Part shown: positions 1-8,732 of the stretch, piece after piece
Position numbering within the stretch: position 1 is the first letter of the stretch
Layout of the letters: the number at the start of each line of letters is the position of its first letter
NCBI GenBank assembly: GCA_965248115.1
Contig: CBDFII010000005.1
Coordinates: 341,197 to 405,196 of the forward strand
DNA: 64,000 nucleotides
Direction of reading: 5' to 3'
DNA from: Dehalococcoidia bacterium
GTDB taxonomy: Bacteria; Chloroflexota; Dehalococcoidia; Lucifugimonadales; CBDFII01
Position numbers and translations under genes: made by a program
The notes under the pieces: generated by a model
The model's input: the letters and a program-made list of their open reading frames with translations, nothing else
What the model was told of the DNA's origin: nothing
Database searches by the model: none

Positions 1-611
1 CTCCCCCCAGGGATGAGGCCGCTATTCAATATTTGGCCAAAGCGTTTAGTGATTCTAAATACGATATCCGCTCGGTGTTGCGGGCCCTGTTCAACTCCGA
101 TTTCTTCAAGAACGCCAGGTTCACCCGGGTGAAGAGTCCGGCAGAGCTGGTGGCCAGTACATTACGACTGGTAGGAGCCCTTAAATTCCCCGAACCGTTT
201 GACTACGTTATTGCTATGGAGCCCACGTATATGGGACAAGACCTGATGAGGCCACCCAGTGTTGAGGGGTGGCACACAGGCACGGAGTGGCTCACCAGCG
301 GCTCTATAGTAAAGCGGGTTAACTTTGCGGCAAAGCAGGTGAGCGATCTAAAGTGGCCCGGGGTCCAGGACATTGTTGCCAGGGTACGAGCCAAGGGCAC
401 GCTTTCTCCACAAGAGTTGGTGGACCAGTGCCTCGACCTGATAGGACCGGTGGAGGTAGGCGAGCAGACGTATGAGGAGTTGGTGGAGCACGCCCGGGAA
501 GAAGGTGACATGCTGCGCTGGGGCACAGAGGAAGAAACCAGCGCCTCTGCCCAAAGGGTAGCGAACATGTTACGACTCATTGTGGCTGCCCCCGAGTACC
601 AGCTCAACTAA
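1..611 (+). CDS. DUF1800 domain protein, C-terminal part (5' end outside window)
   Basis: The frame stays open to the window edge. The 190 aa align by eye with the C-terminus of the full-length paralog at 4803..6206 (shared VKSPAE, PPSVEGWHTG, SGS..RVNF, CLDL.GP.EV, QRVA.ML.LIVA..EYQ). Confidence 0.8.
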   Translation, partial: PPRDEAAIQYLAKAFSDSKYDIRSVLRALFNSDFFKNARFTRVKSPAELVASTLRLVGALKFPEPFDYVIAMEPTYMGQDLMRPPSVEGWHTGTEWLTSGSIVKRVNFAAKQVSDLKWPGVQDIVARVRAKGTLSPQELVDQCLDLIGPVEVGEQTYEELVEHAREEGDMLRWGTEEETSASAQRVANMLRLIVAAPEYQLN

Positions 612-801
612 TTGGAAACCGGATCGCTAAAGCCTTTCGACATCTTGGCACGCCGATAAAGTAGGCTACGGCTGCGTTATACAAGCAGACTCGATCTTCT
701 ACGATAAGAGGAGTCTGTGATTTTCTGCCTGGTGACAACATATCCCGTCTAGTGTATCCTGTATTTATTGGCAGAAAGAACGTAATCCAGGGAGGGGACC
801 A

Positions 802-1911
802 ATGGCGCTAACAACCATCGTGCGCGGCCGAGTATTCAACTTCAGCCACGAAGTTGGCCGGTCACAGGACTCGGAACCTGGCTTCTCGAAGGCCAACGAC
901 GTTAAGGCAGGTAAGGACGGGGTAGTGTATGTACTGAATCGATCGAAGGAAGGTTCCAGCATTTCCTATTATCCCCGTGTAGCTAAAGTATGGATAGGAG
1001 CACCTCTCGAAGAGGAGTATCTCCTTTCGATGGGTAAGGCAGGCACAGGGGATGGTGAATTCATATGGCCTACCTCCCTTGCCCTGGACAAAGATGAGAA
1101 CGTCTTTGTCTCCGACGAGCACCTGCAACGCATCACCGTATTCGATAAGGATGCCAACCTGCTCAACACGTGGGGTACCCCAGGTACCGGCCCTGGCGAG
1201 CTCAACGGCCCCTCAGGCCTGAGCCTTGATAGCGAGGATAACCTCTATGAGGTGGACTCTCGTAGCCATCGTGTACAGAAGTTCACCAAAGATGGCGTCT
1301 TCCTCAGTGAGTGGGGCCATTTCGGCAGTGGAGAGGGTGAGTTTAACATGCCCTGGGGCATCACCGTTGACCAACACGATAATGTGTACGTAGCAGACTG
1401 GAAGAATCACCGAATACAGAAGTTTAGCCCGGACGGGGACTTTCTCCTCCAGATCGGCCGACCGGCGCCGGGGGCTGGTGTGCTTGAGTATCCCAAATCC
1501 TATCCCAGGAACAACGCCTTTTCACACCTTTATCGGCGAGATGGGGCCGACAGAGGCGAGCTCAACCACCCCTCCCATGTGGCCGTTGATAGCGATGGCG
1601 ATATCTATGTTTGCGACTGGGGCAATGACCGGGTCCAGATTTATACCCCGGAAGGACAGTTCATTATCTCTCTTTATGGGGATGCACGAGAGTTAAGTAA
1701 GTGGGTCCTAGAGCAGCATAAGGCGAACCCCGACGTCCCTAAAGCTTGCCGCCGGGCAAAACACCCAGAACAGATGTGGAAGCTCAAGATGCCCACGGGC
1801 ATAGACTTCGACCCCGAAACCAATCGCATCTACATAGTCGATCACATGCGAAGGCGCCTCCAGATTTACGTTAAAGAGAAGAATTACCTTGAGCCCGAGT
1901 TCAACTTGTAG
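802..1911 (+). CDS. NHL-repeat six-bladed beta-propeller protein
   Basis: Repeated units of about 45 aa (G.G.GEF..P.G..D....vYV.D..N.RIQKF). SD AGGGAGGGG lies just upstream of the ATG. No obvious signal peptide. Paralog of 6331..7173. Confidence 0.8.
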   Translation: MALTTIVRGRVFNFSHEVGRSQDSEPGFSKANDVKAGKDGVVYVLNRSKEGSSISYYPRVAKVWIGAPLEEEYLLSMGKAGTGDGEFIWPTSLALDKDENVFVSDEHLQRITVFDKDANLLNTWGTPGTGPGELNGPSGLSLDSEDNLYEVDSRSHRVQKFTKDGVFLSEWGHFGSGEGEFNMPWGITVDQHDNVYVADWKNHRIQKFSPDGDFLLQIGRPAPGAGVLEYPKSYPRNNAFSHLYRRDGADRGELNHPSHVAVDSDGDIYVCDWGNDRVQIYTPEGQFIISLYGDARELSKWVLEQHKANPDVPKACRRAKHPEQMWKLKMPTGIDFDPETNRIYIVDHMRRRLQIYVKEKNYLEPEFNL

Positions 1912-1982
1912 CAGAGTCTGCCCTAGCAGCTTGGAGTCTCACATGGCTTCAAGGGGCGTCCTGGCTAGTCGATGTACTCCAA

Positions 1983-2020
1983 GTTAGAGGCCACCGATAG
2001 CAGTGGTCTCTAACTTTATT
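1983..2020. terminator. Hairpin terminator between convergent genes
   Basis: GTTAGAGGCCAC-cgatagca-GTGGTCTCTAAC (12 bp stem with one G.U) followed by TTTATT. It lies between the stops of 802..1911 (+) and 2016..3488 (-). Confidence 0.6.
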
Positions 2021-3488
2021 CCGCAGCACTGGCCCCGGCAATTCTACCGAAGACGGAGCCGGCCATCAGGCCAGAGCCTCCTGGATAGTTGTGGTAGAAG
2101 AGACCTCCCACCAGCTCCCCTGCAGCATAGAGTCCTGTTATAGGGCCTCCCTGGTCTAGAACCTGGGCCCGGTTGTTTATTCGTAAGCCGCCAAAGGTAA
2201 AAGTTATCCCACAGGTAACGGCGTACCCCAGGTATGGTGGCGTATCGATAGGAAGAGCCCAGTTGGACTTGGGTGGCTCTATGCCTACAGTCCCCTTTCC
2301 ATCGAGGATAGTGGGGTCGAACTCACCCTGTTGGGCGGCTGCATTGAACTGACGTACTGTTTCGACGAGTCCTTCTTGATCTATGCTCAAGCTCTCGGCA
2401 AGCTCCTCTATTGTTCCCGCAGTTGCCATGGTGCACTGAGGGATACGGTACTCGTCCCGTAGCAGATGTTTTACCTTATCGTCGAAAATCTGGAAGGCCG
2501 CCCTCTGGGGCTGGAATAAGATCTCTCGGCCATATTTAGCATAAGTATAGTTGCGTAGGTCCGCCCCCTCATCGACGAAACGCCTCCCTTTCACATTTAC
2601 AACGATGCCGAAGGGATATGAATGCTTCTGATACAAATCCGTAATAGTTCGGTCTCCAGAAGGGGGAGCGTTAAGGTCCCAAGCCACGGCGTGGCAGCCG
2701 CTCCAATGTCCATAGGACTGGGCACCTATCTCCAGTGCCATGTTAATGCCGTCTCCGGTGTTGTAAGGGACACCACGAACTTTGACTAAATCCCACCCCG
2801 GCCCCAAGTACCGGGCGCGCATCTCAGCATTGGCCTCGAATCCTCCACAAGCCAGCACTACAGCCTTGGTAGGCACATCCTCTAAGCCCTCCGGGCCAAA
2901 GACGGTAATGCCAGAAACACCTCCCTTTTGGTCCAAGAGCAACCTTACCCCCTTGCTCTCATACTGTATTGTGATTCCCCTTTGCCCGGCGATATCAAAG
3001 AGCTGGTCTGATAGGCCCTTGCCTCCACCCACCACCTCCACCACCAGGCCACCCCAGAAGCGAAACTTGTCTCCCACTTTGAATGCCTGGCGACCGTAAA
3101 GGAGGACAAAACGGAGGCCAAGACCGTGTAGCCAGCGCAGAGCAGGATATGACTCGCTTACCAGGATCTGTGCCAGCTCCGGGTCCGCCATGCCCTCGGT
3201 CACTCGCATGAGGTCCGAGTAGAATTCGGATTGTGTGTATGTCCCGACGTCAGTGGAGGCCTCCTCCGCAGGGGACATATCAGGTACAAGAGCCTTTATA
3301 TCCTCCAGACCGTTGAAGGCAAAGCGAAGGGCACCACCGGTGAAATAGGTGTTGCCACCCCGGAAATACTCTGGGGCCTTTTCTAGCACCAGCACCGAGG
3401 CTCCACGCTCCCGTGCCGAGAGTGCCGCACATAACGCAGCATTGCCCGCGCCTACCACTACCACATCGTATCCGCTGTCCATACGCAC
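2016..3488 (-). CDS. FAD-dependent oxidoreductase, fumarate-reductase-flavoprotein/TcuA-like
   Basis: N-terminal dinucleotide fold DVVVVGAGNAALCAALSARERGASVLVLEK..RGGN. C-terminal GLYAAGE..GG motif. 490 aa. Confidence 0.75.
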   Translation of the reverse strand: MRMDSGYDVVVVGAGNAALCAALSARERGASVLVLEKAPEYFRGGNTYFTGGALRFAFNGLEDIKALVPDMSPAEEASTDVGTYTQSEFYSDLMRVTEGMADPELAQILVSESYPALRWLHGLGLRFVLLYGRQAFKVGDKFRFWGGLVVEVVGGGKGLSDQLFDIAGQRGITIQYESKGVRLLLDQKGGVSGITVFGPEGLEDVPTKAVVLACGGFEANAEMRARYLGPGWDLVKVRGVPYNTGDGINMALEIGAQSYGHWSGCHAVAWDLNAPPSGDRTITDLYQKHSYPFGIVVNVKGRRFVDEGADLRNYTYAKYGREILFQPQRAAFQIFDDKVKHLLRDEYRIPQCTMATAGTIEELAESLSIDQEGLVETVRQFNAAAQQGEFDPTILDGKGTVGIEPPKSNWALPIDTPPYLGYAVTCGITFTFGGLRINNRAQVLDQGGPITGLYAAGELVGGLFYHNYPGGSGLMAGSVFGRIAGASAAE

Positions 3489-3642
3489 CTAAGTTCCGCT
3501 ATGCAAGAATCCAAATGACATAGCTCTATACTCCGTAGAAAAATCGCCAGGGGTATCGGCCGGAACTAGCTGGTAATACACTGAAAAGCGCTCTAGCTCA
3601 TCTAAAATAGGTATCCGGCTTGTCATGTTAGCCGCCGGTGGG

Positions 3643-4599
3643 TTAGATCGACTGTGCCAGCCGTGCGACCAGCTTCAGAGTGCGTTGAAGTGACGCTTCC
3701 CGATCTTCTCCTACTAGGATCGGAGTCACCATGAGCTCTGTGGCTCCAAAAGAAAGCCACTCCCGAAGGCGCTCCTCGACCGCCACTTCGTTCCCAGAGG
3801 TCACCACCGCCTCCACCATGGCATCGCTCCACGTCCCTTCCGCCACCTCAGGGAACCCCGCATCTGTAAACATCTGGGCATAGAAGGTAGTACGTGGATA
3901 GGTGCCCATTTGCTCACGAACAGCAGCATTCACCTCATCCTTATTTTCGTGGACGCATACGGGCGCATGGGCGATGAGAGGTGGTACTGGCCGTTGAGCA
4001 CCCTGAGCACCAGATCCCATGGCAGGTAACGCCACGTCGCGCAAATAGACCCCTGGGCAAACCCAGGATATAGCCCCGTCTGTATCGGCGCCGCAGAACT
4101 CGAAGGAGCCTCTACGCAGAGCCGATGCCATGATGGGCATGTCCACTGGGGATGCCAGACGGGTACGGGCATGGTAATAGCGGCCGTCATAGTCTATTGC
4201 GCCTTCATGAAGCAGCGTCTTGAGGATATGTAGGTACTCTCGCAGGTGGACTAGCGGTCGGTGGAATTCGACGCCATAGGTACGCTCCATGGTAGCCTTA
4301 TGACTAGGGCCTACTCCCAGCCGAAAACGCCCGGGTGCCAACTGGGCCATTACCTGGGCCTGTTGGGCCATAACTATGGGATGACGGGTCCAGGAAGGAA
4401 TGATCGCAGTGCCCAGCAGGATGTTCTCTGTCTGTGTGGCGGCGCTGGCAAAAACGGTGAGGGGGTCTAAACCACCAGCTCCACCCATGGTCATCCATGC
4501 CGCTGGGATGCCCATGCGTTCCACCTCTTGAATCCGCTTCAGAGCGTTGTCAGCGTTGCGCTCTGCAATAGCCACACCTATACGCTTTGTAGCTATCAC
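3643..4599 (-). CDS. Luciferase-like monooxygenase (LLM) family flavin/F420-dependent oxidoreductase
   Basis: 318 aa with an LLM-type pattern (MGIPAAWMT.GG, RLGVGPSH, REYL.IL..LL). GTG start preceded by AAGGGGG. Confidence 0.7.
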   Translation of the reverse strand: MIATKRIGVAIAERNADNALKRIQEVERMGIPAAWMTMGGAGGLDPLTVFASAATQTENILLGTAIIPSWTRHPIVMAQQAQVMAQLAPGRFRLGVGPSHKATMERTYGVEFHRPLVHLREYLHILKTLLHEGAIDYDGRYYHARTRLASPVDMPIMASALRRGSFEFCGADTDGAISWVCPGVYLRDVALPAMGSGAQGAQRPVPPLIAHAPVCVHENKDEVNAAVREQMGTYPRTTFYAQMFTDAGFPEVAEGTWSDAMVEAVVTSGNEVAVEERLREWLSFGATELMVTPILVGEDREASLQRTLKLVARLAQSI

Positions 4600-4720
4600 A
4601 CACCCCCTTAAATATAGGTTGTCGCGGCAAATATACTACACCCTCTGGGCATTATTCAATGTTCAGACATAGAAGGCTTCAGACACAAGGGGGATGAGAC
4701 AGAGAATCCTATCCCCGTTC

Positions 4721-4749
4721 TTGACATCGAGAATCTCAAGGGCTAGATT
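4721..4749 (+). promoter_or_regulatory. sigma70-like promoter candidate (TTGACA-N17-TAGATT)
   Basis: Hexamers at 4721..4726 and 4744..4749 with exact 17-nt spacing, 54 nt upstream of the DUF1800 ATG at 4803. SD AGAGGAAAGAGG lies in between. Confidence 0.5.
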
Positions 4750-4802
4750 GATCTTGGGTAAGTTCATTCGCATCAGGGGACCTTGGTAAAAGAGGAAAGA
4801 GG

Positions 4803-6206
4803 ATGACTGATAAGAAATTAGCGTTAATGGCTCACTTGATGCGCCGAGCCGGCTTTGGAGCGACTCGGGAAGAGCTGGAGGAGCGCTTACTCAAAGGCTA
4901 CCAGGAAACGGTGGAGGAATTGTTGCATCCCGAGGAGGCTCCTGAGGCGGACGAACATATTCTATTGAGGTACCAGGCGTACGCTCTGATTCCCGGCGCC
5001 GACTCTCTCGCTGGCCAGGTTAACTGGATGTTTCACATGCTAAACACGGAGCGCCTTCTGCAGGAGAAGATGTCCCTCTTTTGGCATCAGGTGTTCGCTA
5101 CCGGAAACGCTAAGGTGGACAACGGCGACCAGTTGCTCTTGCAGATCGACATGTTCCGTCAACGGGGCATGGGCAACTTTCGTGACCTGTTGCTTGAAAT
5201 CGCTAGAAATCCCGCCATGATCTTCTGGCTGGACAACAACGAGAACCATAGATACTCGGTAAACGAGAATTGGGGCCGGGAGCTGCTGGAGCTGTTCTCC
5301 ATGGGGGTCGGCAACTACACCGAGGATGATGTGAGGGAGGTCTCCAGGGCCTTCACCGGCTGGACTATGGCTGCCAAGCTACCCAGGTACCCCTATGGCC
5401 GACTCCCTTGGAGCTTCGAATACAAGCCCGAGGACCACGATGGTGGCGATAAGAGCTTTTTGGGGCATACGGGCCCCCTCAACGGTGAGGATATTATCGA
5501 CATTATCGTGCAGCAGCCCGCCTGTGCTCGCTTCATTGCTCGCCACCTCTACAACTTCTTCGTGGCCGACGAGCCCCAGGTGCCTAGCTGGCTCACTGAG
5601 CCTCCCAGGGACCCTGAGGCCATAAACACCCTGGCTACAGCGTTTACCGAGTCCAACTACGAGATGCGACCCGTATTACGTACCCTGTTCAACTCCCAAT
5701 TCTTCAAAGAGGCTCGCTTCGCCAAGGTGAAGAGCCCTGCCGAGGTAGCCATGGGTACATACAAGCTAGTGGGCGGCCAAAATTTCCCCAGGCCTGGCTA
5801 TAGCGAACTGGCTATGCAGCCCACCTTGATGGGCCAAGAGCTCCTAAATCCACCCAGTGTGGAAGGCTGGCACACGGGCTCCGAGTGGATCAACAGCGGC
5901 TCCCTCATGAGCCGAGTCAACTTCGTCGCTGACCTCGTGGGTGACACCAGCCTGCCCGGGATCCAGTCAATCATCAACAGGCTCAGGGCCCAAGGAGAGC
6001 TGTCCCCCGAGGCGCTGGTGGATGGCTGTTTGGATCTGCTGGGCCCGATGGAGGTGGAGGCTAAGACCCGCCAGCACCTGATCCAGCAAGCTCAAGAGGG
6101 TGGTGTGCTGCAATGGGACACTAAAGATGGAGATAGCGCTCCCTCACAAAGAGTGGCCCAGATGCTGCAACTGATAGTTGCCACCCGAGAGTACCAGTTC
6201 CAGTAG
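4803..6206 (+). CDS. DUF1800 domain protein (full length)
   Basis: 467 aa. N-terminal HLMRRAGFGAT motif typical of DUF1800. Paralogous to the partial gene at 1..611. Confidence 0.8.
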   Translation: MTDKKLALMAHLMRRAGFGATREELEERLLKGYQETVEELLHPEEAPEADEHILLRYQAYALIPGADSLAGQVNWMFHMLNTERLLQEKMSLFWHQVFATGNAKVDNGDQLLLQIDMFRQRGMGNFRDLLLEIARNPAMIFWLDNNENHRYSVNENWGRELLELFSMGVGNYTEDDVREVSRAFTGWTMAAKLPRYPYGRLPWSFEYKPEDHDGGDKSFLGHTGPLNGEDIIDIIVQQPACARFIARHLYNFFVADEPQVPSWLTEPPRDPEAINTLATAFTESNYEMRPVLRTLFNSQFFKEARFAKVKSPAEVAMGTYKLVGGQNFPRPGYSELAMQPTLMGQELLNPPSVEGWHTGSEWINSGSLMSRVNFVADLVGDTSLPGIQSIINRLRAQGELSPEALVDGCLDLLGPMEVEAKTRQHLIQQAQEGGVLQWDTKDGDSAPSQRVAQMLQLIVATREYQFQ

Positions 6207-6330
6207 GAGCCCTCTACTCAAATTCCTCGGAAAGAGAGTTAGGATCGGAGCCCCTTCCCATTGTTGGAGACACCTGAGAGGGGTTAACCTTCTTCTAATG
6301 GCCCATTAGGACACAAAGGGATAACACAAG

Positions 6331-7173
6331 ATGCTTACAACCGTAGCAGCAGGTCGAGTGTACAGCTTTAGCCATGCGGTAGGGGAAGCCGCAACCACAG
6401 GGCGAGGTTTTCATTACCCAACGGCGGTGACATTAGGGCAGGGCGGCGTGGTGTACGTACTAAACCGGAGCACCGAACAAAACTTCACTCCCCACATTAG
6501 CAAGCTCACTATCGGAGCCCCAGGAGAAGAAGAACTGCTCTGCGATTTCGGCGAATATGGCGAGAAAGATGGGCAGTTCCTATGGCCTACCTCTGTCACC
6601 CTGGACCGTGAAGAGAACGTCTATGTCGCCGACGAGTGGCTTCAGCGCATCTCCATATTTGATAAGAATGGAAAGTTCCTGGACAAATGGGGCACACCAG
6701 GAAATGGCGACGGAGAACTAAACCACCCCTCCGGTATGGTCTTTGATCAGGAAGATAGCCTTAACATCGTTGATAGTTTCAACGATCGCGTCCAGAAATT
6801 CACCAAAGACGGCACCTTTTTGTCCAAATTCGGCAAAAAGGGTAGTGGCGAGGGAGAGCTCAACTTTCCCTGGGTCATCACCATCGACATCCAGGGCAAC
6901 GTATACTTGGCAGATTGGGAAAACCACCGGGTGCAGAAGTTTTCCCCCGACGGCGATTTCTTGGCTACTTTCGGTACTTTCGGGACGGGATCAGGGGATA
7001 TGAAGATACGACGTAGAGTGAAAACTCTTGAACCAGAATGGCGCTTCTATTATCCTACGGCGGTAGCCTTTGACCACGCGGCTAGTCGCATCATTGTGGT
7101 CGACTGTCAGCGGTACCGACTCCAGATCTACAACAAAGATAAGGACTACGTAGACCCTCAGTTTAACCTATAA
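6331..7173 (+). CDS. NHL-repeat beta-propeller protein (shorter paralog)
   Basis: Same N-terminus (MLTTVAAGRVYSFSHAVG) and C-terminus (RLQIYNKDKDYVDPQFNL) as 802..1911. NHL repeats present. About 89 aa shorter. Confidence 0.8.
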   Translation: MLTTVAAGRVYSFSHAVGEAATTGRGFHYPTAVTLGQGGVVYVLNRSTEQNFTPHISKLTIGAPGEEELLCDFGEYGEKDGQFLWPTSVTLDREENVYVADEWLQRISIFDKNGKFLDKWGTPGNGDGELNHPSGMVFDQEDSLNIVDSFNDRVQKFTKDGTFLSKFGKKGSGEGELNFPWVITIDIQGNVYLADWENHRVQKFSPDGDFLATFGTFGTGSGDMKIRRRVKTLEPEWRFYYPTAVAFDHAASRIIVVDCQRYRLQIYNKDKDYVDPQFNL

Positions 7174-7285
7174 ATCTGGGAGAGCTCCTTGGGCAACTCA
7201 ACAAATGAAAATACAACCCTTGTTAAACCCGTAAGGCCAGGCTACAAGGAAGTGCTCTCCCTTTTCAAACTCTAGTTTTCTTTGG

Positions 7286-7314
7286 TTGACGTACTACCCA
7301 GGAGATTATAGAAT
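7286..7314 (+). promoter_or_regulatory. sigma70-like promoter candidate (TTGACG-N17-TAGAAT)
   Basis: Hexamers at 7286..7291 and 7309..7314 with 17-nt spacing, 39 nt upstream of the ATG at 7353. Confidence 0.5.
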
Positions 7315-7352
7315 CGACTCTGTATTTATCCCAACCAAAGGGGAGGTCATCG

Positions 7353-8636
7353 ATGCTGAAGGTTGGTCATTACGTAGAACGTCCCGGTAGAAAGGCAAAG
7401 GACCCATCTGTTACGATTCCGGTAGCCGAGGAGCTAGAAACGATCCCAGGCGCTCCTATCCACCATGAGGATGTCGAGTTCTACTCCCGTGAGTATCCCC
7501 TAGAGACCCTTGTCGTCACCGAGCGAGCGGCCGTCGACTGGAACCTTCGCATTCGGGACTCCAATCCAGATATGAGAGAGATTAACAGAGAGCACGACCG
7601 CCTCAACAAGCCTCTAATTCAGGCCGCCCGTGACTCTGGCGAGATAAAGTCCACGTCTAGGCCCACAGGCGAGGACGTCACCGAAAAGATCAAGGCCAAG
7701 TCTCGCGAGCTAGGCTTCGGCGAGGTGGGGATTACCAAGCACGACCTCCACTACACCTTCCAGAGCAAGAAAAGCTGGGTGAAGTACCCCCATGCCATCT
7801 GCTTGGCTTACGAGCAGGCCTACGAGCCAACCCAGACTATCCCCAGCATAGCAGCAGAGATAGTCCATTCCAGCACTTACAGGATCGAGGGCGCTGTGGC
7901 CCTGGACCTGGCGGACTACATCCGCTCCCTGGGCTACCTCGCTCAGATACATAGCCCCAACGATAATAGCGCCCCTTACATCCCCATGTTCGTACAGGCA
8001 GGGCTGGGACAGCTAGGAGCCAACGGTCAGCTTCTCTCCCCTCACTTCGGCTCCCGGTCCAGGATAATGCTTATCACTACCGATGCTAGGGTGACCTACG
8101 ATCAGCCGATAGACTATGGCATCCACCGCTTCTGCCAGATATGCCAGGTGTGTGTCAACCGCTGTCCAGGCCGTGCTCTCATGCGGGAGAAGGTGTGGTG
8201 GCGGGGTGTGGAGAAAAACAAGCTCATCTACAAGCGATGCCGACCGGTAATGGCCCGTTACATGGACTGTGGTGTGTGCATGAAGGTGTGCCCTGTTCAG
8301 AAGTACGGCATGAAGGCAGTGATGGACCATTACGTGGCCACGGGGCAGGTGCTGGGCAAGGGCACCTACGAGCTAGAGGGCTACGAGATGCCGGACAAGG
8401 GCTACTTCGGCCCCGGCGAGCTTCCCACCTTCGACGCCGATTTCTTCCACATGCCTGTAGGCACCGCCGATCAGCACGTTCTGGAGCAGTTCAAGAGCAA
8501 GTTCACGCAGGTAGACAGTATCGACACGCCCGAGGGTGAAGTCCTATTCGAAGAGTTCAAGAACAAGCTGGTGACTGCTCTGGGCATCGATCCTGATTTC
8601 ATACTTGCTGACGAATACAAGACCGACTACGTCTAA
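7353..8636 (+). CDS. RdhA/QueG-superfamily iron-sulfur protein (reductive-dehalogenase-like, cytoplasmic)
   Basis: Core QAGLGQLG.NG.LLSP.FGSR followed by two ferredoxin motifs, CQICQVCVNRCP and CGVCMKVCP. No twin-arginine signal. SD GGGGAGG 6 nt upstream. Confidence 0.7.
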   Translation: MLKVGHYVERPGRKAKDPSVTIPVAEELETIPGAPIHHEDVEFYSREYPLETLVVTERAAVDWNLRIRDSNPDMREINREHDRLNKPLIQAARDSGEIKSTSRPTGEDVTEKIKAKSRELGFGEVGITKHDLHYTFQSKKSWVKYPHAICLAYEQAYEPTQTIPSIAAEIVHSSTYRIEGAVALDLADYIRSLGYLAQIHSPNDNSAPYIPMFVQAGLGQLGANGQLLSPHFGSRSRIMLITTDARVTYDQPIDYGIHRFCQICQVCVNRCPGRALMREKVWWRGVEKNKLIYKRCRPVMARYMDCGVCMKVCPVQKYGMKAVMDHYVATGQVLGKGTYELEGYEMPDKGYFGPGELPTFDADFFHMPVGTADQHVLEQFKSKFTQVDSIDTPEGEVLFEEFKNKLVTALGIDPDFILADEYKTDYV

Positions 8637-8681
8637 GACATCACCACTGCACACTTTTCCCTGTTAGCAACGTAGCCACAA

Positions 8682-8716
8682 GAAGGCCCCCACGGGTGTG
8701 GGGGCCTTCTCTTTCC
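8682..8716. terminator. Strong bidirectional hairpin terminator
   Basis: GAAGGCCCCCAC-gggt-GTGGGGGCCTTC (perfect 12-bp stem) followed by TCTTTCC. It lies between convergent genes 7353..8636 and 8733..9536. Confidence 0.75.
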
Positions 8717-8732
8717 ACAGGCTACGGTTTTA

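Noticed and set aside
203-607. Long antisense or out-of-frame ORFs inside well-supported genes. Examples: 203..607, 23584..24018, 24728..25282, 41754..42275, 53610..54209, 57975..58643.
   Set aside because: They lie entirely within genes with clear family motifs on the other strand or frame. They have low-complexity Arg/Ser/Pro-rich translations and no ribosome-binding sites. These are typical shadow ORFs.
7059-7072. GGCGGTAGCCTTTG, resembling the RfaH ops element (GGCGGTAGnnTG).
   Set aside because: It lies inside the coding sequence of the NHL gene, 15 kb upstream of and unrelated to the NusG paralog and the glycan operon. It is also not an exact match to the spacing of ops.
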